DNA from: Steroidobacteraceae bacterium | GTDB lineage: Bacteria > Pseudomonadota > Gammaproteobacteria > Steroidobacterales > Steroidobacteraceae | Direction of reading: 5' to 3' | Length of the DNA: 56,072 nt | NCBI GenBank assembly: GCA_036496405.1 | Contig: DASXLF010000564.1 | Location: 1 to 56,072 of the forward strand | Part shown: positions 23,715 to 32,664 of the stretch, piece by piece | Layout: the number at the start of each line of letters is the position of its first letter | Position numbering within the stretch: the stretch's first letter is position 1 | Notes under the pieces: model-generated | What the model was told of the DNA's origin: nothing | Databases searched by the model: none | Seen by the model: only the letters and a program-made list of their open reading frames with translations | Translations under genes and position numbers: made by a program

Positions 23715-25307
23715 ATGAAGATCAGACGCAAGCGGCCCCTGGGGCTGCACGACCCGCTCCGCCACCCGGATCATCCGCGGCCTTTCAGCCGCAGGGATTT
23801 CCTGGCGCAGGGCTTCATGCGTGGTGCCGCCACCGTTGCGGGCATGTCAGTCTTCAGTCTGTTTGCCGATCCGCGCAAGGCGTACGCCACGCTGGCGCCG
23901 GACATTGCCGCACTCAAGGCTTCGCCGTGCAACATCACCACCGGCTCGGGCATGATTCCTTTTATCTGCTTCGACCTTGCCGGCGGCGGCAACATTGCCG
24001 GCTCCAACGTGCTGGTCGGCGGCGGTGGCGGTCAGATGGATTTCCTGTCCACCGCTGGCTATAACCGCCTCGGACTGCCCGGCAACATGATCCCCAATGG
24101 CTCCGCCGGGATCGGCAACTTCATCGATCAAAGTCTGGGTCTCGCGTTTCACAGCGACAGCGCCTATCTGCGCGGCATTAAGCAGCGCATCGCCGTGGCG
24201 ACCGCGGCCAACGTCAATGGGGCGGTCATGCCGGCGATGAGCGAGAACGATACTGGCGACAACCCTCACAACCCCATGTACGGAATCTATAGTTCCGGCT
24301 ATGCGGTGTTGACCCCGCCGGCGGGGGATAAGGGCGACCTGCTGGCGCTGATCGGGACCGAGAGCTCAACCTCCGGCGGAAATTCCATGGCGCCGTCGTA
24401 CATGATCGACCCGACCGTGCCTCCGACCAAAGTCTCGCAGGCTTCGGATGTGACCGGGCTGGTGAGCACCGGCCAGCTGGTCGGACTGCTCAGCCAGAGC
24501 GATGCGACATTGGTGCTCGAATCGATCGAGCGCATCAGCAAGAACAAGCTCGATTCGGTCGACACCCTGCTCGGTACCCAGGACGCGGTGGTCAAGGACC
24601 TGGTGCAGTGCGGCTACGTGGGCGCGGCCGATCAGGTGGATCGCTACGGCAATGCCAGCGCGACTTTGAATCCCGACATGGACACCGCGATCGTCGGCCC
24701 GGGCGGTATATTCACCACCGCCGAGTACCAGGGTGACGCGAATTTCCGCGCCACCGCCGCGGTCATGAAAATGGTGGTGAACGGTTATGCGGCCGCCGGC
24801 ACCGTCGAACTCGGCGGCTACGACTACCACACGGGTGATCGTGCCACCGGCGAGATGCGCGATGTCGAAGCCGGTCAGTGCATCGGCGCCTGCCTGGAGT
24901 ACGCGGCGCGCATGGGACAGCCGCTGATGATCTATGTATTCACCGATGGCTCCGTGGTGTCGAGCGGCATGATCGACAATTCGGCGGGCGGTCGCGGCAA
25001 GGGTGTATGGACATCCGATAACCAGACCACCGCGGCAACGTTCTTCCTGGTCTACAACCCCAACGGCCGGGCGACCACGATCTCCAACCAGATCGGCAGC
25101 TACACCAGCGACGGTAACGTCAACACGACCTCCAGCCCCGGCGCCAACGCCGTCAACCTGCTGGCTGAGACCGTGGTATTGAACTACCTGGCGCTGCATA
25201 ACAAGGCCGGTGCGTTCCAGACGTTGCAGTGGGCCAGCGGTCTTGGCACCGGCTTGGGTAGTGCCAGCGCCTACGATGCGTTGATCGCTCTGGCGCCTAT
25301 TCGTTAG
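23715..25307 (+). CDS. Tat-exported protein, DUF1501/DUF1552-like (sulfatase-fold-like) partner
   Basis: ATG at 23715 with a GAGG SD 8 nt upstream. The twin-arginine motif FSRRDFLAQG is at 23787-23804. GGYDYHTGD is reminiscent of the GGWDTH motif of DUF1501. The family call is tentative. Confidence 0.7.
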   Translation: MKIRRKRPLGLHDPLRHPDHPRPFSRRDFLAQGFMRGAATVAGMSVFSLFADPRKAYATLAPDIAALKASPCNITTGSGMIPFICFDLAGGGNIAGSNVLVGGGGGQMDFLSTAGYNRLGLPGNMIPNGSAGIGNFIDQSLGLAFHSDSAYLRGIKQRIAVATAANVNGAVMPAMSENDTGDNPHNPMYGIYSSGYAVLTPPAGDKGDLLALIGTESSTSGGNSMAPSYMIDPTVPPTKVSQASDVTGLVSTGQLVGLLSQSDATLVLESIERISKNKLDSVDTLLGTQDAVVKDLVQCGYVGAADQVDRYGNASATLNPDMDTAIVGPGGIFTTAEYQGDANFRATAAVMKMVVNGYAAAGTVELGGYDYHTGDRATGEMRDVEAGQCIGACLEYAARMGQPLMIYVFTDGSVVSSGMIDNSAGGRGKGVWTSDNQTTAATFFLVYNPNGRATTISNQIGSYTSDGNVNTTSSPGANAVNLLAETVVLNYLALHNKAGAFQTLQWASGLGTGLGSASAYDALIALAPIR

Positions 25308-25477
25308 TCGGGGTCAAGCAGCGTTGCTGCAACCGTTTCCGGGGCGCACTCAATTGCTGGTGGCCATGTCTATGATTAGCGACAGCGGCGCCTCGCCGGT
25401 CTGTGGACTGGATCTCAAGCCATCGGCATCGGATTGACGGATAATGTTAAATCGTCGCCGGAGGTCTGCAAAAGAAA

Positions 25478-26017
25478 GTGCGAGTGCGGCTGAAGCATCG
25501 AGCGAACCGAACTGCCGGGCTCTGCCTGTGGTTGTATTGCGGCCTGCACTGGGGCGCCGCAACCGCGGCCAGTCCCGGCATCGTGGCACAGCGCGCGCCG
25601 GATTTTGCGCTGCCGGCAGCCGTTGGCGACAACGTGCGGCTGTCCGAATTCCGCGGCCAACCCGTGGTGCTCACATTCTGGAGCAGCCGCTGCAGTACCT
25701 GCGCGGCACAACTTGCGGCACTCGATCGTTACTACGCAACCTACCGCTCATCAGGTCTGGTGGTGCTGGGCGTCAGTGTCGAGGATGATCCGCAGCGCGC
25801 CTTACAATATGCGCGCGCACACTCGACTGCGTATCCGTTGCTGCTCGATCAGGCCAAGGCAGTTGCCCGCGCCTATGAGATCGAGCGCCTGCCGACTACG
25901 GTACTGATCGATCGCTCCGGCGTCGTGCGCTACCTGCACAGCGATGATCATCCCGCTGATACGTCCTACGTGACACAGATCCGCGCCTTGCTGGACGACA
26001 AAGTGGGCGCCCCATGA
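25478..26017 (+). CDS. TlpA/ResA-like periplasmic redoxin with CSTC active site
   Basis: Thioredoxin-fold pattern APDFALP...GQPVVLTFWSSRCSTCAAQL...YPLLLD...LPTTVLIDRSG, with a signal-like N-terminus. The GTG start is uncertain by a few codons. Confidence 0.8.
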   Translation: MRVRLKHRANRTAGLCLWLYCGLHWGAATAASPGIVAQRAPDFALPAAVGDNVRLSEFRGQPVVLTFWSSRCSTCAAQLAALDRYYATYRSSGLVVLGVSVEDDPQRALQYARAHSTAYPLLLDQAKAVARAYEIERLPTTVLIDRSGVVRYLHSDDHPADTSYVTQIRALLDDKVGAP

Positions 26018-26667
26018 ACTCTCTCACATCAATGCAGTCTCCCATGAACACAATGATTCGCCGTCTATCGTCGAGCTTCTGGCCGTTGCTGCTGCTGCCG
26101 CTCACCACTCCTGCATGGTGCGCCCAGCCGGCCGCGCCCGCCGCCGCCAGTGCTCCCGCGGCCCAGGCCGAGTCCGCTGCGTCCAAGAGCGATGCCGCTG
26201 CCGCCGATGCCGGCGGCGGCACGCGTGGGCTGGACGAGCAGATCCAGGACCTCAAGAAGGATGTCGTGGATCTCAACAAGGATCTGTTCGTGCTCGAAGA
26301 GGAACTGCTGTTTCCGGCCAACACGCAAGTGGCGGTGTTCGTGTCGATGGACGTCGGCGATTTCTTCGCCCTGGATTCGATCTCGCTGAAGATCGACAAT
26401 AAAGATGTCAGCGACTACCTGTATACCCCGCGAGAAGTGGCGGCATTGCTCAAGGGCGGGGTGCAGCGCCTGTACGTCGGCAATCTCAAGTCCGGCGAAC
26501 ACGAACTGGTGGCGCTGTTCAATGGCAAGGGACCGCACGAGCGCGACTACCGGCGCGCCGCCAACCTGCGCTTCGAAAAGGGCGTTGGTGCGAAGTACCT
26601 GGAACTGAAGATCACGGATCACCAGCGTGCGCAGCAACCCGAGTTCGAAATCAAGGATTGGGAATAG
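26014..26667 (+). CDS. Secreted protein, unknown function (coiled-coil plus beta-rich domain)
   Basis: The start overlaps the redoxin stop in ATGA. It has a signal peptide (FWPLLLLPLTTPAWC/AQP), an Ala-rich linker, a coiled-coil LDEQIQDLKKDVVDLNKDLFVLEEELL and then a beta-rich domain. I recognise no family. Confidence 0.65.
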   Translation: MNSLTSMQSPMNTMIRRLSSSFWPLLLLPLTTPAWCAQPAAPAAASAPAAQAESAASKSDAAAADAGGGTRGLDEQIQDLKKDVVDLNKDLFVLEEELLFPANTQVAVFVSMDVGDFFALDSISLKIDNKDVSDYLYTPREVAALLKGGVQRLYVGNLKSGEHELVALFNGKGPHERDYRRAANLRFEKGVGAKYLELKITDHQRAQQPEFEIKDWE

Positions 26668-26674
26668 CGGGCGT

Positions 26675-28621
26675 ATGAGCGGCTGGCGTTTCGGACTGGG
26701 ATTGTGCGCGCTGCTGGCGGGTGTCGGCCTGACGCCTGCGCAAGCCGCGCATAAGAGCGATCCGAACAAGCTGCCGAGCATTCGCGTGCAGGACCTGCAC
26801 TACGGCGAGGTGCTGTTCCAGTTCTACTCCGGCCAGGAATTCCAGGCGCTCACCGAACTCGAGGCCTTCAGCCAGTGGCATCGCATGCCGCATCACGCCG
26901 CTGATGCGGACCTGCTGGCCGGTGGCCTGTATCTCGAACTCGGCATGCACAACGAGGCGGGACGGCGCTTCGAGCGCCTGCTCACCGACAACATTCCCGT
27001 CGGTGTGCGCAATCGCGCCTGGTTCTATCTGGCGAAGATCTGGTACGAACGCGGCTACTACGAGCGTAGCGAACAGGCGATCGGTCGCATACAAGGCACC
27101 CTGGACACGCAACTCGAGGCTGAGCGGGTGCATCTGCTGGTCAACGCACTCATGCGCCAGCAACGCTACGACGACGCCATCGCATTGCTCCGGGGCTGGC
27201 ACGGCCCCGCGGATTGGATGGCCTATGCAGGCTTCAACCTGGGGGTGGCACTGGTGCGCGCCGGACGCCTGCCGGAAGCCGATCCGATCCTGACATCGGT
27301 TGGCACGCTCAACACCAGCAGCGATGAATTGCTGAATCTGCGGGACAAGGCCAATCTGGCGTTGGGATTCGCCTACCTGCAGGCCGATCAGAGCGCCAAG
27401 GCGCGTGCGCCGCTGGAACGCGTGCGGTTGAACGGGCCGTACTCGAGCCGCGCCTTGCTCGGTGACGGTTGGGCACATGCTGCACAAGGCGAGTATCGCG
27501 CTGCGCTCACACCCTGGCTCGAACTTCGTCAGCGCAATCTGCTGGACGCGGCGGTGCAGGAATCGTTCCTCGCCGTTCCCTATGCCTTCAGTAAACTCAA
27601 TGCCAATGGCCAGGCGGCCGACTACTACGAGTCGGCGCTGAGCTCATTCGCCAGCGAGTCGGACAATCTCGACTCGGCGATCGCGAATATTCAGCAAGGC
27701 CACATGCTCGATGACCTGCTGGGCGACGACAAGGACGCGCGCTACGGCTGGTTCTGGCAGCTCAAGGCCTTGCCCGACTCGGCGCAGTCGCGCTATCTCT
27801 ACTCAATACTGGCGGACAACGATTTTCAGGAAGGGCTCAAAAACTATCGCGATCTGGCGTTCCTGCAGGGCACCTTGCGGCACTGGGATGACAGCATGGA
27901 GGCGTTCGCGGCGATGATCGAGACCCGTCAGCGCGCATACGCCGAGCGACTGCCGCGCGCCGACGCGCTGCTCAACAGCGACACTCAGACGCGACTGCGC
28001 GACGCGCGTGTCGCTGTCGGATCGCAGCTCGATGCGGCCGAGACCGGTAACGACGTGGCCGCGCTCGGCACGCCGACCGAGCGCGAACAATGGGCGCACC
28101 TGGCCCGGCTTGCCGATGTGTTGGCCAGCATGCCGCCCGGTTCCGAGCGTGATGCGGCCCGCGACAAGCTGCGACTGATCAAGGGTGTGCTGTATTGGCG
28201 GTTGGACGCCAGCTTCAAGGAACGCGCCTACGAACAACGGCACTCGTTGCGCGAACTGGACGCGGCGCTCGATGAGTTGCAGAACCGCTGGGTACGCGTG
28301 CAGCAGGCGCGCGCCACGGTGCCGAACGATACCGGTGAATACGCGGTTCGTATCGCCGCGCTGGCAGTTCGCGTCCAGGCCATGCATAAGCGCCTGGAGC
28401 AATCGTCGCAACAGCAGAGCAAATACCTGGATGAGCTGGCTGAATCGGAATTGCGCGCACAGAAGCAGCGTCTCGATGCTTATGCCCTGCAGGCGCGCTA
28501 CGCGCTGGCGGACATTTACGATCGCGCCGACGATCAGCAGGGGGCGGCCAAGAAGCCGGACGCACCTGGCGCCGGAGATGCGGCGCCGCCGGTCCCGGTT
28601 CCGGTCCCGGAGTCGCAATGA
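26675..28621 (+). CDS. Secreted TPR-repeat protein (about 648 aa)
   Basis: I chose the ATG at 26675 (MSGWRFGLGLCALLAGVGLTPAQA, a signal peptide). The N-terminal half has TPR-like repeats and the C-terminal half has long coiled-coil segments. Confidence 0.75.
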   Translation: MSGWRFGLGLCALLAGVGLTPAQAAHKSDPNKLPSIRVQDLHYGEVLFQFYSGQEFQALTELEAFSQWHRMPHHAADADLLAGGLYLELGMHNEAGRRFERLLTDNIPVGVRNRAWFYLAKIWYERGYYERSEQAIGRIQGTLDTQLEAERVHLLVNALMRQQRYDDAIALLRGWHGPADWMAYAGFNLGVALVRAGRLPEADPILTSVGTLNTSSDELLNLRDKANLALGFAYLQADQSAKARAPLERVRLNGPYSSRALLGDGWAHAAQGEYRAALTPWLELRQRNLLDAAVQESFLAVPYAFSKLNANGQAADYYESALSSFASESDNLDSAIANIQQGHMLDDLLGDDKDARYGWFWQLKALPDSAQSRYLYSILADNDFQEGLKNYRDLAFLQGTLRHWDDSMEAFAAMIETRQRAYAERLPRADALLNSDTQTRLRDARVAVGSQLDAAETGNDVAALGTPTEREQWAHLARLADVLASMPPGSERDAARDKLRLIKGVLYWRLDASFKERAYEQRHSLRELDAALDELQNRWVRVQQARATVPNDTGEYAVRIAALAVRVQAMHKRLEQSSQQQSKYLDELAESELRAQKQRLDAYALQARYALADIYDRADDQQGAAKKPDAPGAGDAAPPVPVPVPESQ

Positions 28622-31600
28622 AGCGCCGGCGCCTGCAGGTGCTGGTCGTGCGCTGTGCCATATTGCTGGCCGCGGCGTCGCCCGCCATGGCGGCCAAGAA
28701 CACCAAGCCCGCAGCCCCGACCATTGGCGATCTGAGTGCCAAGACGGTCGACGTGAATCCGGCACCGGCCAAGGGCGGCGGTGCCGCCAAGGCGATGGAG
28801 AACTATCGCCAGTTCCTCAATCTGCAGAATGCCGATCCGCGCTTGCGCGCCGAAGCGATGCGGCGCCTGGGTGATTTGAACCTGGAGTCCGGCGAACTCG
28901 AACGCATGTCCAATGAGGTGACGCAGCTCGACATGCAGGGAGCCGAAGCCATCCGCCTGTATTCGACGCTGCTCAAAGCCTATCCCGACTATCAGCGCAA
29001 CGACCAGGTGCTCTATCAGCTGGCGCGCGCCTATGAGACCACCGGCCAGACGCCGTTGGCGCTCGCGACCCTCGATACCATCGTCGCCCGCTACCCGAGG
29101 GGACGCGACATTGCCGAGGTGCAGTTCCGGCGCGGCGAGATTCTGTTCTCGAACCGGCGCTATCCGGAGGCGCAGCTGGCCTACGAGGCGGTGCTGGCGC
29201 GCGGCCGCGACGGCTCGACCTTTTACGCGCAGAGCCTGTACAAGCACGGCTGGTCGCAATTCAAGCAGGGCATGAACGAGGTCAGCTTGAAGTCGTTTGC
29301 CGATCTGCTCGATCTGACTTTGACCGACCCGAAGAGCCCGGGGCGCATGCGTCCGTGGGAAACCCTGTCGCGTCCCGATCGGGAATTGGCGGAAGATACG
29401 TTGCGGGTCATGAGTATTACGTTCTCGTACCTCGATGGTGCGAAGACGCTGGATGATTTTGCCGCTCGCCGCGGCCATATGGTTTATGCGTGGCTGCTGT
29501 ATTCGCGCCTGGGCGACCTGTACGTGGAGAAGCAGCGTTTTCAGGACGCAGCCGCGACCTATCGCGCCTTCGTCAGCCGTGATCCGATCGATGAGCACGC
29601 GCCGACGCTCGAGATGGCGGCCATCGAGGCCTACCGCAAGGGTGGCTTCGCCGACCTGATGCTCGACGGCAAGCTCGAGTATGCGCAGCGCTACGGCTTC
29701 GGCGCCCCGTTCTGGCAGGGCCGCGAGCACAGCGCCTATCCGCAATTGGTCGAGGAACTCAAAACCAACTTGAAGGACGTGGCTCAGTACTATCACGCCA
29801 GCGCGCAGAAAACCAAAAAGCCCGACGACTACGCGGCCGCGGCGCATTGGTATCGCACCTACCTGAGCTCGTTCCCGGATGATCCGGATTCCGCCGCCAC
29901 CAACTATCTGCTGGCCGATGCACTGTTCGAAAGCCGGCAGTACCAGGACGCCGCGGGCGAATATGAACACACCGCCTACGGCTATCCGCGCAACGCGCGC
30001 TCGGCCGAGGCGGGTTACGCGGCACTGGTGGCGTACCAGAAGTACGAGGACACGCTGAGCCCGGACGCGCGCGCCAGCGCGCATCAGCGGACCACCGAAG
30101 CCGGGCTCAAGTTTGCGCAGGCATTCCCGGAACATGCGGAAAGCTCCGTGGTGCTGACGCATGCGGCCCAGGATTTGTATGCCGCCGGCGATCAGGCGCG
30201 CGCCGCGCAGGCGGCGCAGACGCTGCTGGCGCGCAATCCGCCAGTGGATGCTGCCAAGCAGCGCATTGCCTGGACGATCGTTGGCCAGGTGAGCTTCAAT
30301 CAGGGCGACTTCGCCCAAGCCGAAAGTGGCTATACCCACGCGCTGGCCGCGGCGGCGGCCAACGATCCCGAACGCGCCGATATCACGGAACGACTGGCGG
30401 ATGCGGTGTACAAGCAGGCGGCCGCCAAGCGCACCGCCGGTGACCAAGCCGGTGCGGCCCAGGATTTCCTGCGCGTCGCGCGCATTGCGCCCGGATCCAA
30501 GGTTATCGCGACGTCGCAATACGATGCCGCCGCTTCGCTGATCAGCGCCCAGCAATGGGACCAGGCGATTGCCGTGCTCGAGGCCTACCGCCGCGACTAT
30601 CCCAAGAGCGAATACAACGCCGATATCGATCGCAAGCTTGCGGTTGCCTATGAACAGGGCGGCCACTCGGCCCAGGCCGCGGCGCAATACGAACACATCG
30701 CCGACAACGCTCACGAAGATCGCGCGGTGGTGCACGAGGCGATCGTGAAGGCCAGCGATCTATATGCAAAGTCAGGCGATGCCGCACGCAGTACCGCGAT
30801 GCTGGAGCGGCTGGTACGTGACTATCCGACGCCAGTTGCCGATGCGATCGAAGTGCGTCAGCGGTTGCTGGATGCGACCACCAAGTCGGGCAACCTCGAG
30901 CGCCAGCGCTATTGGCAGCGCGAGATCGTCAAGGCCGATGCGAGCGCCGGCAGCGGGCGCACGGATCGCACCAAGTACCTGGCGGCGCGCGCGCAGCTGG
31001 CATTGTCCGAGCCCGTGCGTGATCAATTCCAGGCCATCAAACTCGTGGTGCCACTCAAGCAGAGCCTGATCGCGAAGAAGAAGGCCATGGAGGCGGCGGT
31101 GCAGGCCTACAAGGAGGTCGCCGAGTACCAGGTGGCCGAAACCACGACCGCGGCCACCTACGAGACCGCGGAGCTCTACCGCGTACTGGGCCACGATCTG
31201 ATGACCTCGGAGCGGCCCAAGAAGCTGTCGGCCGACGAGCGCGAGCAATACGACACGCTGCTCGAGGAGCAGGCCTATCCATTCGAAGAGCAGGCGATTG
31301 CGATTCACGAGATCAACGCCAAGCGGGCCGCGGATGGGGTGTACGACGACTCGGTGCGTAAAAGCTTCGATGCCCTGGCGCAACTGCTGCCAGCGCGCTA
31401 CGGCAAGGTCGAGCTCAGCCAGACCTGGGTCGCATCGCTGGCCGCGCCCGGCGCGACTGCCCCGAGCAGCGCAGCCCAGGCCGACTATGACCGCGCCGCG
31501 CAACTCGCGGCCGCAAACAAGGCCACCGAGGCCGAGCTGTCATTGCAGCAGTTCGAGCTGCAGTTTCCGGGTTTCGCGGCCCCGGCGGTCGATCTGGGCT

Positions 31601-32079
31601 TGCTGGAGCGGCGTGAAGGCAAGCTCAGCGATTCCGAGGCGGCACTGCGCCGTGCGACCGTCCTGGCGCCAGCCGATGCCCTGGCCTGGAGCGAACTGGG
31701 TGTGACACTGCGCCAGGAAGGCAAATTCAGCGATGCGCGCGCCGCCTACGGGCAGGCTCTCAGCGCCGATGATTCCTATGCGCCGGCGCACCGTAACCTC
31801 GGTGTGCTGCTCGATCTTTATCTGGGCGACCCGGCCGCCGCGCTGCCGGAATTCGAGCGCTACAAGACTCTGTCGGGTGAGGACAAACCTGTGAGCGGCT
31901 GGATTGCCGAGCTGCGCGCCCGCACCGGGGTGAAGGCGGCGCCTGCCCCGGATACCCCGGGCCCGAACACACCCGCCGCGGCCACGCCGTCCTCAGATAC
32001 GTCCGCTCAAGGTTCGCCGGCGCCGGAAGTGCCGGCCGGTGCACCGGTAGCGGCGGGCAATAATGGAGGTACGACGTGA
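28618..32079 (+). CDS. Giant secreted TPR-repeat protein (1153 aa)
   Basis: The start overlaps the upstream stop in ATGA. It has a signal peptide (AILLAAASPAMA) and many TPR units (for example YQLARAYETTGQTPLALATLDTIVARYP, YAQSLYKHGWSQFKQG, AWSELGVTLRQEGKFSDARAAYGQALSADDSYAPAHRNLG). The tail is Pro/Ala-rich. Confidence 0.8.
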   Translation: MKRRRLQVLVVRCAILLAAASPAMAAKNTKPAAPTIGDLSAKTVDVNPAPAKGGGAAKAMENYRQFLNLQNADPRLRAEAMRRLGDLNLESGELERMSNEVTQLDMQGAEAIRLYSTLLKAYPDYQRNDQVLYQLARAYETTGQTPLALATLDTIVARYPRGRDIAEVQFRRGEILFSNRRYPEAQLAYEAVLARGRDGSTFYAQSLYKHGWSQFKQGMNEVSLKSFADLLDLTLTDPKSPGRMRPWETLSRPDRELAEDTLRVMSITFSYLDGAKTLDDFAARRGHMVYAWLLYSRLGDLYVEKQRFQDAAATYRAFVSRDPIDEHAPTLEMAAIEAYRKGGFADLMLDGKLEYAQRYGFGAPFWQGREHSAYPQLVEELKTNLKDVAQYYHASAQKTKKPDDYAAAAHWYRTYLSSFPDDPDSAATNYLLADALFESRQYQDAAGEYEHTAYGYPRNARSAEAGYAALVAYQKYEDTLSPDARASAHQRTTEAGLKFAQAFPEHAESSVVLTHAAQDLYAAGDQARAAQAAQTLLARNPPVDAAKQRIAWTIVGQVSFNQGDFAQAESGYTHALAAAAANDPERADITERLADAVYKQAAAKRTAGDQAGAAQDFLRVARIAPGSKVIATSQYDAAASLISAQQWDQAIAVLEAYRRDYPKSEYNADIDRKLAVAYEQGGHSAQAAAQYEHIADNAHEDRAVVHEAIVKASDLYAKSGDAARSTAMLERLVRDYPTPVADAIEVRQRLLDATTKSGNLERQRYWQREIVKADASAGSGRTDRTKYLAARAQLALSEPVRDQFQAIKLVVPLKQSLIAKKKAMEAAVQAYKEVAEYQVAETTTAATYETAELYRVLGHDLMTSERPKKLSADEREQYDTLLEEQAYPFEEQAIAIHEINAKRAADGVYDDSVRKSFDALAQLLPARYGKVELSQTWVASLAAPGATAPSSAAQADYDRAAQLAAANKATEAELSLQQFELQFPGFAAPAVDLGLLERREGKLSDSEAALRRATVLAPADALAWSELGVTLRQEGKFSDARAAYGQALSADDSYAPAHRNLGVLLDLYLGDPAAALPEFERYKTLSGEDKPVSGWIAELRARTGVKAAPAPDTPGPNTPAAATPSSDTSAQGSPAPEVPAGAPVAAGNNGGTT

Positions 32080-32585
32080 AAACATCGGTCGTGACGCGAT
32101 GGTGGCTGGTGCTCGCATGCGTCGCGGCCGGCGTGGCCATGGCACAAACGCCGGATTTGGAACCGGGGGTGCAGACCTCGGCGCCAGTCCCCGAGCCCTC
32201 ATCGGTGCCGCCAGCCACGCCGCCAGCCACATCACCGGCCGGCGCTACGCACACCGCGCCTCCGGCGCCGGCAAGCGCCACCCCGGCTCGCGCCGGCAGC
32301 AAGACTGAGGATCGCATTCAACTCGACACCACCCAGATCAGCGGCAATCGTGAATTGCCCAAGGTCATGTACGTGGTGCCCTGGCGCAAGGCGGATCTGG
32401 GCGAATTTGCCGGCCGGCCGCCGAACAGCCTGCTCGACGAGGCACTCACGCCGGTGGACCGCGACGTATTCCGGCGGCAGAACCACTATTACGCGGCGCT
32501 GCAGGCGGGGGCCGCGACCTCCAAGTCTCAACCTGAGGTACCCGCGGCCAAAGCCGCGGGACCAGAGACCAAGGATGAGAAGTAG
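32076..32585 (+). CDS. Secreted Pro-rich protein, unknown function
   Basis: GTG start with a strong GGAGG SD 6 nt upstream, overlapping the upstream stop in GTGA. It has a signal peptide, a Pro/Ala/Thr linker and a conserved-looking core ISGNRELPKVMYVVPWRKADLG. Confidence 0.6.
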   Translation: MKTSVVTRWWLVLACVAAGVAMAQTPDLEPGVQTSAPVPEPSSVPPATPPATSPAGATHTAPPAPASATPARAGSKTEDRIQLDTTQISGNRELPKVMYVVPWRKADLGEFAGRPPNSLLDEALTPVDRDVFRRQNHYYAALQAGAATSKSQPEVPAAKAAGPETKDEK

Positions 32586-32664
32586 ATCGCGGTATTGCGC
32601 GTTTGCGTCACTTTAGTTTGACCATATCGGTGGATCATAGCGTTCAGGCATGGGAGTCAGCACG

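Noticed and set aside
25308-25477. Terminator or small RNA between the Tat-protein gene and the redoxin gene
   Set aside because: There is only a 5-bp stem (GCAGC-gtt-GCTGC) without a T tract. This is insufficient to call.
28534-30735. 733-aa minus-strand ORF antisense to the 1153-aa TPR gene
   Set aside because: This is a typical high-GC shadow ORF with an Arg/Gly/Ala-rich translation and no signal or motif. The plus frame has clear TPR repeats and operon coupling.
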